A stretch of 64,000 bases of DNA from Thermodesulfobacteriota bacterium (GCA_965202785.1 OZ241855.1:576001-640000); one strand, 5' to 3'. Numbered from the stretch's first letter, positions 11,498-22,906 are shown. The notes: a model not told the origin generated them from the sequence alone. Numbers and translations: made by a program.

Positions 11498-12517
11498 ATG
11501 GTTTCGATAACTACTCTTGACGAATTCATCATAAAAAATCAGTATGAATTCCCCTATTCCACCGGGGAGCTCTCCAGGCTGCTTCGGGATATAGGGTTCG
11601 CGGCGAAAATAGTTCACAGGGAAGTAAACAAAGCCGGTCTGGTCGCGGACATCCTGGGCAAAACGGGTCAGGTAAACATCCAGGGAGAAGAGGTAAGAAA
11701 GCTTGATTCCTACGCGAATGAAAGGTTTCTGACCGCGCTTGAACATGGCGGAGAATGCGCCGGGGTGGCTTCTGAGGAAAACGAGGATTTCATAGCATTT
11801 TCCGACGAGAACTCGAGAAACTCAAAATACGTCATAGCCATCGATCCTCTCGACGGATCCTCCAACATAGACGTGAACGTATCGGTCGGAACCATATTTT
11901 CCGTATACAGAAGAACGTCAAAGATGTTTTCCCCGTGTCTAAAGGAGGATTTTCTGCAGCCGGGCAAGGCCCAGACGGCCGCCGGATACATAATATACGG
12001 TTCTTCAACCATGCTGGTGTACACTACCGGCCACGGAGTAAACGGGTTTACTCTTGACCCGTCGATAGGAGAGTTCTGCCTCTCTCATCCGAACATAAAG
12101 ATCCCGAGCCACGGCAGCATCTTCTCGGTCAACTACTATAACTACTCGAAATTCCCCGACAGGGTAAGGACCTATCTTGATCACTGCAGGGACGGGGAGA
12201 ACAATTCCAGCCTTTCGCTGAGGTACGTCGGGTCCATGGTGGCAGATATACACAGAAACCTGCTCAAGGGAGGAATATTCCTTTATCCGAAAACCTCGGA
12301 TTCTCCCAACGGAAAACTCAGACTTCTCTACGAGTGCAACCCGATGGCCTTCATCGTGGAACAGGCCGGAGGAGCGTCGTCAAGCGGAACGGAAAGAACT
12401 CTTGACATTCAGCCGAAGGAACTTCACCAGAGAACCCCCATATATATAGGTTCCTACAACATGGTAAGTAAGTTCCTCAATTTCTTGAAGGACACCAAAG
12501 AACCTGAGGAGGAGTAA
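11498..12517 (+). CDS. fbp: Class 1 fructose-1,6-bisphosphatase
   Basis: [32 protein letters not shown]. Confidence 0.97.
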   Translation: MVSITTLDEFIIKNQYEFPYSTGELSRLLRDIGFAAKIVHREVNKAGLVADILGKTGQVNIQGEEVRKLDSYANERFLTALEHGGECAGVASEENEDFIAFSDENSRNSKYVIAIDPLDGSSNIDVNVSVGTIFSVYRRTSKMFSPCLKEDFLQPGKAQTAAGYIIYGSSTMLVYTTGHGVNGFTLDPSIGEFCLSHPNIKIPSHGSIFSVNYYNYSKFPDRVRTYLDHCRDGENNSSLSLRYVGSMVADIHRNLLKGGIFLYPKTSDSPNGKLRLLYECNPMAFIVEQAGGASSSGTERTLDIQPKELHQRTPIYIGSYNMVSKFLNFLKDTKEPEEE

Positions 12518-12519
12518 AA

Positions 12520-13566
12520 ATGGGTGAAAAAATAAGCTTCGGGCTTACCGCCCCACTTCCGGGAAAACCGGTTACGGAACTTGTGGACTTCGCCGTGCGC
12601 TGCGAGGAGGCCGGTTTCGACGCCGTGTGGTATCCAGACCACATACTGTTTATGGCGAAAAAACTGACTCCCGAAGTATGGTCGGTAATCACGGCCGCGG
12701 CGGTAAAGACTGAAAGAATCCGCCTTGGAGCCATAGGGGATCCTCACAGGTCCCATCCCGCGATGTTCGCCCACAGACTCGCGACCATAGACAACCTCTC
12801 CGGGGGAAGAGCGTTCAGCTGCCTTGGGTACGGGGAAAAAATGAATCTTGACTACTACGGCATAAGCTGGAACAGGCCTCTTGCGCGTCTTAGGGAATCC
12901 GTGCCGCTTATGAGGCGGCTTTGGGCCGGGGAGACGGTAACCTTCGAAGGGGAATTCTTCTCTCTCAGCGAAGCCGAAGTAAGGGTAAGCCCCGTTAACG
13001 GAAAGGATGTTCCCGTATACATCGCCGCGACCGGACCGAAGGCTCTCGGGGTCGCAGGCGCGCTCGGAGATGGCTGGGTAACAAACGCAATGCCCACATG
13101 GGTTTTCTCGAGCAAGCTCGCCGAAGTGGAAAAAGCCATGGGCGAGAACGCCGCGGCGGCGGCAAACTTTGAGAAATGCATATATATTTTCGTGTCCGTA
13201 GCCGAGGATAAGGACACCGCCTACGAAACCCTTGACAGAATAAAGCACGCTATAATCTGGCCCGACGTGATAGAGGAAGCCGGGTACGACCTCGAAATAG
13301 AACCGCAGTACAAGGGGCTTTCCTATACGAGCATAATGCCCAACGATCAGGACATGCTAGCAAGATTCAGGCAGATGGGGGAAAAATACTATACGAGGGA
13401 TATACTGTCGGACTTCGTTATATACGGAACGGCCGACGACGCGATAAAAAGGTTCGAACAATACATAGAAGCCGGAGTTACCCACTTCATAATCAGGGAT
13501 TTCAGCCCTGATCTGGAATACTCCTTCAATGCCCTTTCAGGAGAAGTGATAAATCACTTCAGGTAG
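12520..13566 (+). CDS. LLM-class oxidoreductase, probably F420-dependent
   Basis: GFDAVWYPDH, LATIDNLSGGR, GYGEKMN, PVYIAATGPK..GDGW; cofE and npdG are in the window. Confidence 0.85.
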   Translation: MGEKISFGLTAPLPGKPVTELVDFAVRCEEAGFDAVWYPDHILFMAKKLTPEVWSVITAAAVKTERIRLGAIGDPHRSHPAMFAHRLATIDNLSGGRAFSCLGYGEKMNLDYYGISWNRPLARLRESVPLMRRLWAGETVTFEGEFFSLSEAEVRVSPVNGKDVPVYIAATGPKALGVAGALGDGWVTNAMPTWVFSSKLAEVEKAMGENAAAAANFEKCIYIFVSVAEDKDTAYETLDRIKHAIIWPDVIEEAGYDLEIEPQYKGLSYTSIMPNDQDMLARFRQMGEKYYTRDILSDFVIYGTADDAIKRFEQYIEAGVTHFIIRDFSPDLEYSFNALSGEVINHFR

Positions 13567-13580
13567 GACCCCGACACTAC

Positions 13581-14654
13581 TCAGGCAATCGTGATTTCCC
13601 GCTCCAGGTAAACATTCTGAATGCTTTTCAGAAGCGCGACGCCTTCGCGCATGGGCTTCTGGAAAGACTTCCTTCCGCTTATGAGCCCCATCCCCCCGGC
13701 CCTTTTATTTACGATGGCGGTTCTAACCGCATCTCCAAGATCGTCTGAGCCTGAAGCGCCCCCAGAATTTATAAGTCCTATCCTTCCCATGTAGCAGTTC
13801 GCGAGCTGATAGCGGGTAAGGTCTATGGGGTGATCGGAAGTCAGCTTTGAATAAACGCGCTCATGGGTTTTTCCGAAGGAAAGGGCCGTAAAGCCTCCGT
13901 TGTTCTCCGGTAGCTTCTGCTTGACTATATCGGCTCCCACGCTCACCGAAAGGTGGTTTGCCTGTCCCGTGAGGTCAGCCGAAACATGATAATCGGCCTC
14001 GTCCTGCTTGAAGGCCGGATTTCTCAGATAAGCCCAGAGTATGGTCGCAAGTCCCAGAGAATGGGCGTGGCTGAAAACCTCGGATATTTCCTGGATCTGG
14101 CGGGAGCTTTCCTCGGAACCGAAATATATCGTCGCTCCGACCGCCACGGCCCCCATCTGAAAAGCCTGATCCACGTTTCCGAAAAGAATCTGATCGAAAG
14201 TGTTGGGGTAGCTTAGCAGCTCATTGTGGTTGATTTTAGCTATGAAGGGGATTTTGTGCGCGTATTTTCTTGAGACAGAGGCCAGCACTCCCACGGTCGA
14301 GGCAACGGCATTACATCCTCCTTCCATGGCGAGCTTCACAATGTTCTCGGGATCGAAATAAAGCGGATTGACCGCGAAAGACGCTCCAGCCGAGTGCTCA
14401 ATCCCCTGGTCCACCGGAAGAATTGATACGTATCCGGTTCCTCCGAGACGGCCGTGATTAAGAATGGTCTGCAGGTTTCTTATCACCGCGGGCGAGCGGT
14501 CGTTCTGGACGAATACCTCGTCTATGTAACCCGGCCCCGGAAGATAAAGGCTTTTTTTGCTTATAGTCGTGCACTTGTGACCGAGAAGGTATTCCGAATC
14601 CTCCCCCAGAAACGCCTGTATCTTATCGATTCCCTTAAGTTCTTTTATGGCCAT
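13581..14654 (-). CDS. fbaB: Class I fructose-bisphosphate aldolase
   Basis: [27 protein letters not shown]. Confidence 0.95.
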   Translation of the reverse strand: MAIKELKGIDKIQAFLGEDSEYLLGHKCTTISKKSLYLPGPGYIDEVFVQNDRSPAVIRNLQTILNHGRLGGTGYVSILPVDQGIEHSAGASFAVNPLYFDPENIVKLAMEGGCNAVASTVGVLASVSRKYAHKIPFIAKINHNELLSYPNTFDQILFGNVDQAFQMGAVAVGATIYFGSEESSRQIQEISEVFSHAHSLGLATILWAYLRNPAFKQDEADYHVSADLTGQANHLSVSVGADIVKQKLPENNGGFTALSFGKTHERVYSKLTSDHPIDLTRYQLANCYMGRIGLINSGGASGSDDLGDAVRTAIVNKRAGGMGLISGRKSFQKPMREGVALLKSIQNVYLEREITIA

Positions 14655-14708
14655 GTGTTCACCCCTGAAAAATTTCAGATTCTACCGAAATAAATACCTG
14701 ATAGGGCC

Positions 14709-15905
14709 CTAGCTGTCACTGAGAACCGATATTCCCGGGAGGTCGGATCCTCCGAGGAACTCGAAACAGGCACCGCCCCCAGTCGAAACGTGGGTTGCTT
14801 CTGAGAACTTGACTCCGGACTTTTTAAGCGACGCCACACTGTCCCCTCCTCCGAGAACCGTGGTAGCCCCCCTCCACGTGGCAAGCGCGAACGATCTGGC
14901 GATGGCGCTTGTGCCGTTTGAGAAATCGTCCACTTCGAAAAATCCCATTGGACCGTTCCAGAAAACCGTACCCTCTCCCTTTATATGCGAAGTGAATTTC
15001 TCAACCGTCTTAGGCCCTATGTCAAAAGCCGTCATGTCGTCGAGGATCTCAGCGCCCGTAACCGCAAGAGTCTTCTTGCCGCCGGCAGACTCAGCCATTA
15101 CGTGGTCAACGGGCAGAAGGATCTTTTCCTTGTAGGTGTCAAGGGCTTCCCGGGCCCAGTAGAGCATCTCCCTCTCCACAGAACATTTTCCTACGTTCAC
15201 TCCCTGCGCCGCCAGAAAGGTATAAGCCACCCCACCGCCCACAAGAACCTTGTCTGCCTTCTTGATTATATTCTTTAGGGCTCCTATCTTGTCCTTTATC
15301 TTCATTCCCCCGACAATGACTAAGTAGGGTTTTTTGGGTCTCTTTATTAAACGGCTCAGAAACTTCATTTCGTTTCCAACCATGAGGCCCGCGAGCTTCT
15401 TATCGAAGTGAGTGGTCATTCCGTAGGTGGAGGCATGGGCCCTGTGCGAGGTGCCGAAAGCCTCGTTCACGTAGATATCGGCTAAGGACGCGAGTTTTTT
15501 CGAGAAATCCGCATCATTTTCCTGTTCCTCGTTGTGGTACCTCAGGTTTTCAAGGAGCATCACCTCGCCGTTTTTGAGTCTTTTCGAGGTGTTCTTAACT
15601 TTGCTGCCGACAACCGCGCCCGGAAAATGGATCTTGGTTCCCAGAAACTCATTAAGCCTGGCGGCCACAGGAGCCATGGAAAGACGTTCTATCCTGCGTC
15701 CCTTCGGTCTTCCCATGTGGGAAGCCAGTATTACCCTAGCCCCGCATCTTGTAAGGTAATCGATCGTGGGGATAGTGCGTCTTATCCTGTAGTCTTCGGT
15801 TATCTTTCTGCCGTTTACGGGAACGTTGAAATCAACCCTTACGAAAACTCTTTTCCCCTCGTACTCCGAGCAGGGAAGGTCCGTTACAAGAAGCTTTTTC
15901 TTCAA
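14709..15905 (-). CDS. pgk: Phosphoglycerate kinase
   Basis: RVDFNVP, SHMGRP, LLENLR, WNGPMG, HVSTGGGA. Confidence 0.97.
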   Translation of the reverse strand: MKKKLLVTDLPCSEYEGKRVFVRVDFNVPVNGRKITEDYRIRRTIPTIDYLTRCGARVILASHMGRPKGRRIERLSMAPVAARLNEFLGTKIHFPGAVVGSKVKNTSKRLKNGEVMLLENLRYHNEEQENDADFSKKLASLADIYVNEAFGTSHRAHASTYGMTTHFDKKLAGLMVGNEMKFLSRLIKRPKKPYLVIVGGMKIKDKIGALKNIIKKADKVLVGGGVAYTFLAAQGVNVGKCSVEREMLYWAREALDTYKEKILLPVDHVMAESAGGKKTLAVTGAEILDDMTAFDIGPKTVEKFTSHIKGEGTVFWNGPMGFFEVDDFSNGTSAIARSFALATWRGATTVLGGGDSVASLKKSGVKFSEATHVSTGGGACFEFLGGSDLPGISVLSDS

Positions 15906-16909
15906 AGCGTTTCCCCTACGAGTTCTATAAGATCAACCACCCTGGAAGTGTATCCGTACTCGTTGTCGTACCAGGCGACAACCTTGACCAGGTTATCCTC
16001 CACCACCGAAGTCAGCATTGAATCAAAGGAGCAGGAATGAGTATCTCCCACAAGATCGGAAGAGACGATTTCGTCCTCGACATACGCAAGGTAGCCGCCC
16101 AAGGTTCCCTCGGCCGCTTCCTTGAACTTGGCGTTCACTTCATCCACAGAAGTTCCTTTTTCCACCTCGCAGGAAAAATCCACAAGCGACACGTTGGGCG
16201 TGGGCACCCTTACGGCTACCGCGGAGAGTTTCCCTTTCAGTTCGGGAAAAACGATCTGTATGGCGTTTGCGGCCCCCGTGCTGGTAGGGATAATGGAGAG
16301 GGCAGCCGCTCTGGCCCTTCTTTTATCCTTATGCGGAGTGTCAAGTATTCTCTGATCGTTCGTATAGGAGTGTATAGTGGTCATCTCTCCGCGTCTGATT
16401 GAGAAATTTTCGTGGAGAACCTTGACCAGCAACCCGAAGCAGTTGGTCGTGCAGGACGCATTTGAAATCACGTCGTGACCTTCGGGCTCGTAGTCGTCAT
16501 CGTTTATGCCCATTACCGTGGTGAAATCCACCTTGCCGCTTGCCGGCGCGGTAATTATCACCTTTTTCACGGTCTCACCCATGTGTGCCGCGGCGGCCTC
16601 GCGGGTTCTGAAAATGCCGCTTGCCTCCGCTATAACTTGTGCTCCCGTTTCGGCCCAGGGAATATTCGCGGGGTCTCTCTCCGAAAACACCCTTATGAAC
16701 TTTCCATCTACGGTTATTCCCTCGTCGTTGCGCTCGACCTCTCCCGGGTAGCGGCCGAATACCGAATCGTACTTGAAAAGATGGGCCAGGGTTTCGGTGT
16801 CCGTAATATCGTTTATGCCCACGAACTCAAGGTCTTCTCTGCCGAGACCTATTCTGAGCACGTGCCTTCCTATTCTTCCAAACCCGTTTATTCCAACCCT
16901 GATGGACAT
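15902..16909 (-). CDS. gap: Glyceraldehyde-3-phosphate dehydrogenase, type I
   Basis: GINGFGRIGR, SNASCTTNC, WYDNE; GGAGG RBS before the ATG at 16909. Confidence 0.97.
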   Translation of the reverse strand: MSIRVGINGFGRIGRHVLRIGLGREDLEFVGINDITDTETLAHLFKYDSVFGRYPGEVERNDEGITVDGKFIRVFSERDPANIPWAETGAQVIAEASGIFRTREAAAAHMGETVKKVIITAPASGKVDFTTVMGINDDDYEPEGHDVISNASCTTNCFGLLVKVLHENFSIRRGEMTTIHSYTNDQRILDTPHKDKRRARAAALSIIPTSTGAANAIQIVFPELKGKLSAVAVRVPTPNVSLVDFSCEVEKGTSVDEVNAKFKEAAEGTLGGYLAYVEDEIVSSDLVGDTHSCSFDSMLTSVVEDNLVKVVAWYDNEYGYTSRVVDLIELVGETL

Positions 16910-16969
16910 CGCAAAACCTCCGAAACTTGACTTCGCAAAACCTGAAACTTGACTTTGAAATTCGCAAAA
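16909..16969. repeat. Imperfect tandem duplication in the gap leader
   Basis: TCGCAAAACCTCCGAAACTTGACTT followed by TCGCAAAACCT--GAAACTTGACTT and a partial TTCGCAAAA. Confidence 0.6.
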
Positions 16970-17163
16970 ATTATACACTTGCCCGCCGTTAGTCAATAGG
17001 AAAATCAATTTGAGAAGAAATACCGCATCTCGTTGCGTGGCCAGACCACCCCGTTAGCCACGCAAACACCAAGCATAACGGTTTTTAATCGGTTTTTTCC
17101 ACCCCGCATTCAGTTAACCAAGCCCCCTGAAATACCTTTTTAATTGTACCGGATAACCGTGCG

Positions 17164-20100
17164 TTAGCTAGTTTGCAGGGAACCCCCACCGCTCGGCCTC
17201 GGCGTTCTCGTTCGGCTGAAATATCGCAACCACTTGCCAATATCGTCAAGAGCCAGATAAAAACAGGGCACGAGGTAAAGTATGACGAAAGTCGAAAAAA
17301 CAAGTCCGAAACCCAGGGAAGCCGCCATCGGAGCGAGAATACCCGCCTCGCCCTTGTAGGCGAACATCAGGGAGAAAAGCCCCGAGAAAGTCGTAAGCGT
17401 GGTGAGAACGATAGGCCGGAAACGGTACCTGGCGGAAAATACTATCGCTATTACCTTGCTCGGCATCTTTTTCGCCCTTCGGTTGATAAAGTTCAGCAGC
17501 AGCAGACTGTCGTTCACCACTATTCCCAGAAGCGCAACCATTCCTATTATGGCGGGAAGCGTCATGGGTTCGCCGCGCAGCAGAATCGCTATGACCACTC
17601 CCGTAACGCAAAAAGGCAGTGCACTCATTATTATAAGGGGCTGAAAGCTGGAACGCAGTATGCTTGCGAGAATGAGATAAATGAGAAGTAAAGCCAAAAG
17701 CGACGCCTTTTTTATGTCGCTTATAGCCTGAGTGTACTGCTCCTCCTCCCCCGCGAACCGAAACGAGTAGCCCGGGTAGTTCTCGAGAAGACCATCCAGA
17801 TACCGCGAAAGATTTGCGTTCACCTCCCTTGAAGTGGTCGTCTGGTTGTCCACTTCGGCTGTTACGGTGACCGTTCTTCGAAGTCTCTCCCTTCTTATCT
17901 CAAGCGGTGTCTTTGACTCCGTTATCTCCGCCACGGTGCCGATAGGAACCCGTTGACCAAAAGGAGTCAGGACCTGGTGCGATTTCACCGAGAAAACACC
18001 GGAATCTTCCCTTCCGTATCGCAGATTTATCTCAGCCTCTTCCTCGCCCACTCTGGTCTTCGAAACTGTGAGACCGTCTCCAAGAGCCTTGATCTCCCGG
18101 GCCACACTCCACTTGTCAATACCGAACACCCCGGCTTTTCTCTCGTCTATCTCAACTCTCGCCTCGGGCTTTCCGTAAACGAGATTACTGGTCGCAGCGC
18201 TCACCCCCGGCTGACTGCTCAGAAACTCCCGGACCCGGGAAGCTATTTCCATCAGCACCGGTAGTTCATCCCCGCTTACCTTGACGTCCACCGGTTTCCC
18301 GGTAGGAGGACCCGTTGTCTGGAGGAAATCAACCTGTTTGGCCCCCGTAACCGTTTCCCCTACTCTGCTCTCCGCAATCTCAGAGAGTTCAACCGCATTT
18401 TCTTTCCTGGCAGAGTAATCCTCGTATTCAACCATAACCGTAGCCAGATTGTCTCCCATGGAGAACAGATTGTCAGGATCCGACATATCGAGGCCAACCA
18501 TGGACAACGTGTTCTTCAGGACATGAGGGGGAACGCTGTGGCGCACGGCTTCCTCGACCTGGGCTACGGAAGCGACTGTATGCTCCAGACTGGATGAGGG
18601 GGGATTCTCAACCCTTACCATTACCTCCTCAATATCATGAAGGTAGAACATCACGTTGGGAATCCGGACAAAGATAAAGACCGAAACGGCAAAAATAACC
18701 GTGAAACATCCTATCACCGCATAGCGGTTTCTAAGGGCAAACAGAAGTCCCCGCAGATACAGGCCTCTTACGCGCAGAAGCGGCGCGTTTCCGCGAGGAG
18801 ATCTCGTCGTGCCGTTTGCCGGAAGCCAGTCGGCGCAGTGAGATGGCATGATCACCAGGGCTTCGAAAAGGGAGAAGCAAAGAGCGAAGATCGCCACTTT
18901 GGGAATTATGGAGAGGAACTGTCCGATTAGCCCCGTGGCAAGAAGAAGGGGGGTAAACGCAGCGATATTGGTCAGCACAGTCGCAACCACTGGCCAGGCA
19001 ACCTCCCTTGTCCCTATTACCGCCGCCCTCAGCGGTTCCACTCCCCTTGATATATACCTCTGGACGTTCTCAACAACGATTATGGCGTCATCCACCACCA
19101 TGCCCAGCATCATTATAAGACCGAACATGGAGAGAACATTCAGTGTTGTGCCGGTCATCTTCATTAATATCGCAGCCCCCAGAAAAGAAACGGGAATCCC
19201 CAGGGCAGCTATGAAGGCCGCCTTGCGGTCAAGAAAGAGAGCAAGAAGGATTAATACCAGAACAAACCCCAGGCCTCCGCTCTTAAGCATGGTCCGAAGG
19301 CGACTTTTCACCCAGTGTGACCTGTCAAACGTCAGGGTTATCTCCACATCTTCGGGAAGCTCGTTTTCGTATTTTTCGGTAAGCTGCCTTACGTGACCGA
19401 CGGCATCGAGGATATCAACGTTTTTCTGCTTCTCCACCCAGAAAGTAATCGCAGGACGACCGTTTATCCTCGATCTCAGGTCCTCTCGCTGTTCCCCGAG
19501 AGCTACAGTCGCCACATCGCGGAGCAGAACATGTTTACCCTCGATGTTCCTGGCAACCGGAATATCGAGAAGATCTTTCACAGATCTTATCTTTCCCTCG
19601 GTTCTAAGCAGAAAATCAGCCCTGTTCCGAGTAAAACTCGCCCCGGGAATATCCAGATTTCTCGCATTGATGGCATCTGAAATCTCCTCGATCCCCACTC
19701 CAAACTGCACCATCTTCGGGTAATCCAGGTAGACCCATATTGCCGGGTCAGGCAGTCCGACGGAAGTCACGTTGTCAATACCGTCTAAAAGCGCAAGCTC
19801 ATCCCGCAGCCTTCTGGCGTTGCTATAGAGAATATTTCTTGGTATATCCCCTGAGACCGAAACGCCCACCAGCGGAAAACTCGCCTTTCTCTCTTCTGTT
19901 ACGGGTTCTTCGGCATCTTCGGGAAGATCGTCCACTATCAGGTTGACCTTGGAATCAATCTCCCAGGCGATCCTTCTGGTGTTTTCACCTGGGTGAACCT
20001 CAGCCGTAACCCGCGAGAACCCTTCGGAAGAAACGGATTTTACGATCTTGACGCCGGAGATATTCTTTATCTGCTGCTCAATTGGAACACTTACAAGATT

Positions 20101-20280
20101 CTCAACGTCTTCGGCGGAGGAACCCGGAAAAGACGTGGTTACCGTCACCATTTCGAGTTTTACCGACGGGAACAGTTCAAGGGGAAGAGAGAATGCAAAC
20201 AGAAGCCCTATAAACATTATGGCTCCCATCAGCAGGTTTACGAAAAACGAATTTCTTACTGAAAAATCGGCGATGTGCAT
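17164..20280 (-). CDS. RND efflux permease (AcrB/CzcA superfamily)
   Basis: 1038 aa; LELFP, GMVVDDAIIVVEN, GIVVNDSLLL, RFRPIVLTTLTT. Confidence 0.95.
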   Translation of the reverse strand: MHIADFSVRNSFFVNLLMGAIMFIGLLFAFSLPLELFPSVKLEMVTVTTSFPGSSAEDVENLVSVPIEQQIKNISGVKIVKSVSSEGFSRVTAEVHPGENTRRIAWEIDSKVNLIVDDLPEDAEEPVTEERKASFPLVGVSVSGDIPRNILYSNARRLRDELALLDGIDNVTSVGLPDPAIWVYLDYPKMVQFGVGIEEISDAINARNLDIPGASFTRNRADFLLRTEGKIRSVKDLLDIPVARNIEGKHVLLRDVATVALGEQREDLRSRINGRPAITFWVEKQKNVDILDAVGHVRQLTEKYENELPEDVEITLTFDRSHWVKSRLRTMLKSGGLGFVLVLILLALFLDRKAAFIAALGIPVSFLGAAILMKMTGTTLNVLSMFGLIMMLGMVVDDAIIVVENVQRYISRGVEPLRAAVIGTREVAWPVVATVLTNIAAFTPLLLATGLIGQFLSIIPKVAIFALCFSLFEALVIMPSHCADWLPANGTTRSPRGNAPLLRVRGLYLRGLLFALRNRYAVIGCFTVIFAVSVFIFVRIPNVMFYLHDIEEVMVRVENPPSSSLEHTVASVAQVEEAVRHSVPPHVLKNTLSMVGLDMSDPDNLFSMGDNLATVMVEYEDYSARKENAVELSEIAESRVGETVTGAKQVDFLQTTGPPTGKPVDVKVSGDELPVLMEIASRVREFLSSQPGVSAATSNLVYGKPEARVEIDERKAGVFGIDKWSVAREIKALGDGLTVSKTRVGEEEAEINLRYGREDSGVFSVKSHQVLTPFGQRVPIGTVAEITESKTPLEIRRERLRRTVTVTAEVDNQTTTSREVNANLSRYLDGLLENYPGYSFRFAGEEEQYTQAISDIKKASLLALLLIYLILASILRSSFQPLIIMSALPFCVTGVVIAILLRGEPMTLPAIIGMVALLGIVVNDSLLLLNFINRRAKKMPSKVIAIVFSARYRFRPIVLTTLTTFSGLFSLMFAYKGEAGILAPMAASLGFGLVFSTFVILYLVPCFYLALDDIGKWLRYFSRTRTPRPSGGGSLQTS

Positions 20281-20633
20281 AGAGAATCAGTCGATAATGC
20301 CTAGTGTGCGCCCGATTATGACCCCGAATGCGGGGGGAACTGATCAAGCGGCATGTCTTTTCGGTATCGGCAGGTTTTCCTCCTGCGGATTCGAAACCGT
20401 ATCTTGCTTTGCCAAACGGAGTTTCCACCCGGTCTGCGGTCAACCGCAACCTCTAAACGCCTTTTGTTAATTTTACCGGATAATAAAACGCCGCCTAATT
20501 CCCCGGAAAACCCCCGAAAACTCCGGAAGGGACACCTAGAATTCAAAGCTGCTCATGCCATCCACGGGACAAATGTCTGAATTGCCGGGGGCGGATTGAG
20601 TTTTTCTGATTCCCGTAGTATCGTTTCACGGTG

Positions 20634-21674
20634 ATGGAAAATCTTAACGTATGTATTCTCGGAGCAAGCGGCTACACGGGAGCGGAACTCATAAGGCTCC
20701 TTGGGGGACATCCCCGGGCCAGTATTTCGCATTTAACAGCGTCAAGGCACGCAGGCCGTGCTCTGGCCGAGGTCTTTCCGCACCTTGGCGAAATAGCCGA
20801 TCTCGAGCTCAGCAGTTCTGACCCCTCGCTCATTCCGGACGATACCGATGTGGTATTCGCCGCGCTTCCCCACGGAGCATCGGCCGAACTCATAGAAGAA
20901 ATCTATGGGAGGGACGTAAGGATAATCGATCTCGGAGCGGATTTCCGTCTCAGGGAAGGCACCTACAGGGACTGGTACGGGGATCATCCGTGCGCCCATC
21001 TGCTCGAAAACGCCGTCTACGGAATCCCTGAACTGCATGCGGAACGGATATCGGAAACAAAACTGGTGGCAAACCCCGGATGCTATCCCACCTCTTCTAT
21101 CCTTCCGCTCGCGCCGCTTCTTGAAAACGGCATGGTGGAGACGGGGGGAATTATAATTGATTCCAAATCCGGAGCTTCGGGAGCAGGAAGGAACCCTTCG
21201 CTTGACCTTCATTTCTGCGAGGTCTCCGAAGGAATGAAAGCCTACAAGGTAGGCGAGCACCGTCATACCCCTGAAATAGAGCAGGGGCTCTCGGACTTTC
21301 TGGGCAGCAAGGTGGAAGTCGCTTTCACCCCGCATCTTGTACCGATAAACAGGGGAATACTCTCGACAATATACGTAAACCTCTCGGGAAGCCATAAGAC
21401 CCGGGAACTGCTGGACGCCCTCGGTAAATTCTACGAGAACTCACCCTTCGTGAGGATTCTCCCCGAGGGGACTTTTCCGAACACCTCCTGCGTCAGAGGT
21501 TCAAACTTCTGCGACATAGGGGTAAGGACAAACCCCGGGAAAAAAACCGCGGTAATTGTCTGTGCCATAGATAACCTGGTAAAGGGAGCCTCAGGCCAGG
21601 CGATACAGAGCATGAACATCATGCTTGACCTTCCTGAGAGTCTGGGACTTGACTCCCCCCCGCTTTATCCCTGA
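20634..21674 (+). CDS. argC: N-acetyl-gamma-glutamyl-phosphate reductase
   Basis: GASGYTG, VANPGCYPT, HRHTPEI, DNLVKGASGQA. Confidence 0.97.
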   Translation: MENLNVCILGASGYTGAELIRLLGGHPRASISHLTASRHAGRALAEVFPHLGEIADLELSSSDPSLIPDDTDVVFAALPHGASAELIEEIYGRDVRIIDLGADFRLREGTYRDWYGDHPCAHLLENAVYGIPELHAERISETKLVANPGCYPTSSILPLAPLLENGMVETGGIIIDSKSGASGAGRNPSLDLHFCEVSEGMKAYKVGEHRHTPEIEQGLSDFLGSKVEVAFTPHLVPINRGILSTIYVNLSGSHKTRELLDALGKFYENSPFVRILPEGTFPNTSCVRGSNFCDIGVRTNPGKKTAVIVCAIDNLVKGASGQAIQSMNIMLDLPESLGLDSPPLYP

Positions 21675-21739
21675 CTTGAGCGACAATACACGCCGTCTGT
21701 CGATATACGCAACTCGGCAAGCGGCTCCCGGACATCCCG

Positions 21740-22906
21740 TCAGAAATCCTGAAGCGTCCTTATTCTCTCCACTATCGCGGGAAGAAGCTCGATCACCCTG
21801 TCGACTTCCTCCGAACGGGTAAAACGGCCGAAGCTGAACCTGACCGAGCAGAGCGCTTCCTGTTCTTCGAGCCCCATGGCGATCAATACGTGGGAAGGGT
21901 CAACGTTTCCTTCGGAGCATGCAGAACCAGTTGAAACCGCCACTCCGGCGGTATCGAGATTCATTACCACCGAATCACCCGGAGTGTTTGGAAAACCAAC
22001 GTTAAGGGTGTTGGAGACCCTCGCGTCGGGATGTCCGTTCAGGTAAACATCCTCTATTCTCCGGGAAAGCTCTTCGAAAAGACGGTCGCGAAGTTTCCCC
22101 AGTCTTTCGTTTTCCGCCTCAAGCTCCCCACGCAGAAGCTCGCACGCGTAACCGAATCCGCAGACGGCCGCCACGTTCTCCGTTCCCGACCTCTTTCCCC
22201 TCTCCTGCCCCCCGCCGTGCACGAAAGGCTCAAGGGCGACCCCTTTTTTCAAGTAAAGAGCTCCTGTTCCCTTGGGACCGCATATCTTGTGGGCGGAAAA
22301 AGACGCCATGTCCACCGGCAGGTCCCCAAGATCGATTTCCATCTTTCCCAGAGCCTGAACCGCATCCGTATGGAAAGCCACTCCCCTCTCGCGGGCAATT
22401 TCTCCTATATCACGAATCGGACTTATAACTCCGGTCTCGTTATTCACGTACATGCAGGAAACAAGAATCGTGCGCTCGGTAATCGCTTCCCGGAACTGTT
22501 CGGGAAAGACCCCTCCGAAGGAATCCACGGGAAGATAGGTGACCTCGAAACCCCTGCGTTCAAGAAACCTGAACGCTTCAAGACACGAGGCGTGCTCGAC
22601 CGCGGTCGTAACCAGATGGTTTCCCCTGTCGCAAAGAGCGTAGGCCAGGCCTTTTATGGCGAAGTTGTTGCTTTCACTGCCCCCGGAGGTAAAAACTATT
22701 TCTCCCGGCCTCGCCCCGAGGCAACCCGATACTCTCTCGCGGGCGGAATCAACCGCCGCGCGCGCGACGCTTCCGGGAGAATGAATGCTGGAAGGATTCC
22801 CATAATCTCCGGCAAGATAGGGAGTCATCTCTTCCAAGACGCGCGGGTCAAGAGGCGTGGTCGCGTTATAGTCAAGATATATGGAATGTTCGTGATCAGG
22901 CGACAT
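21740..22906 (-). CDS. Cysteine desulfurase (IscS/NifS group)
   Basis: YLDYNATTP, GNPSS, SAHKICGPKG, STGSACS. Confidence 0.93.
   Translation of the reverse strand: MSPDHEHSIYLDYNATTPLDPRVLEEMTPYLAGDYGNPSSIHSPGSVARAAVDSARERVSGCLGARPGEIVFTSGGSESNNFAIKGLAYALCDRGNHLVTTAVEHASCLEAFRFLERRGFEVTYLPVDSFGGVFPEQFREAITERTILVSCMYVNNETGVISPIRDIGEIARERGVAFHTDAVQALGKMEIDLGDLPVDMASFSAHKICGPKGTGALYLKKGVALEPFVHGGGQERGKRSGTENVAAVCGFGYACELLRGELEAENERLGKLRDRLFEELSRRIEDVYLNGHPDARVSNTLNVGFPNTPGDSVVMNLDTAGVAVSTGSACSEGNVDPSHVLIAMGLEEQEALCSVRFSFGRFTRSEEVDRVIELLPAIVERIRTLQDF

Noticed and set aside
20306-20320. GTGCGCCCGATTATG resembling a group II intron 5' end
   Set aside because: No terminator precedes it and I found no domain V downstream. 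It could be chance or a very decayed remnant.
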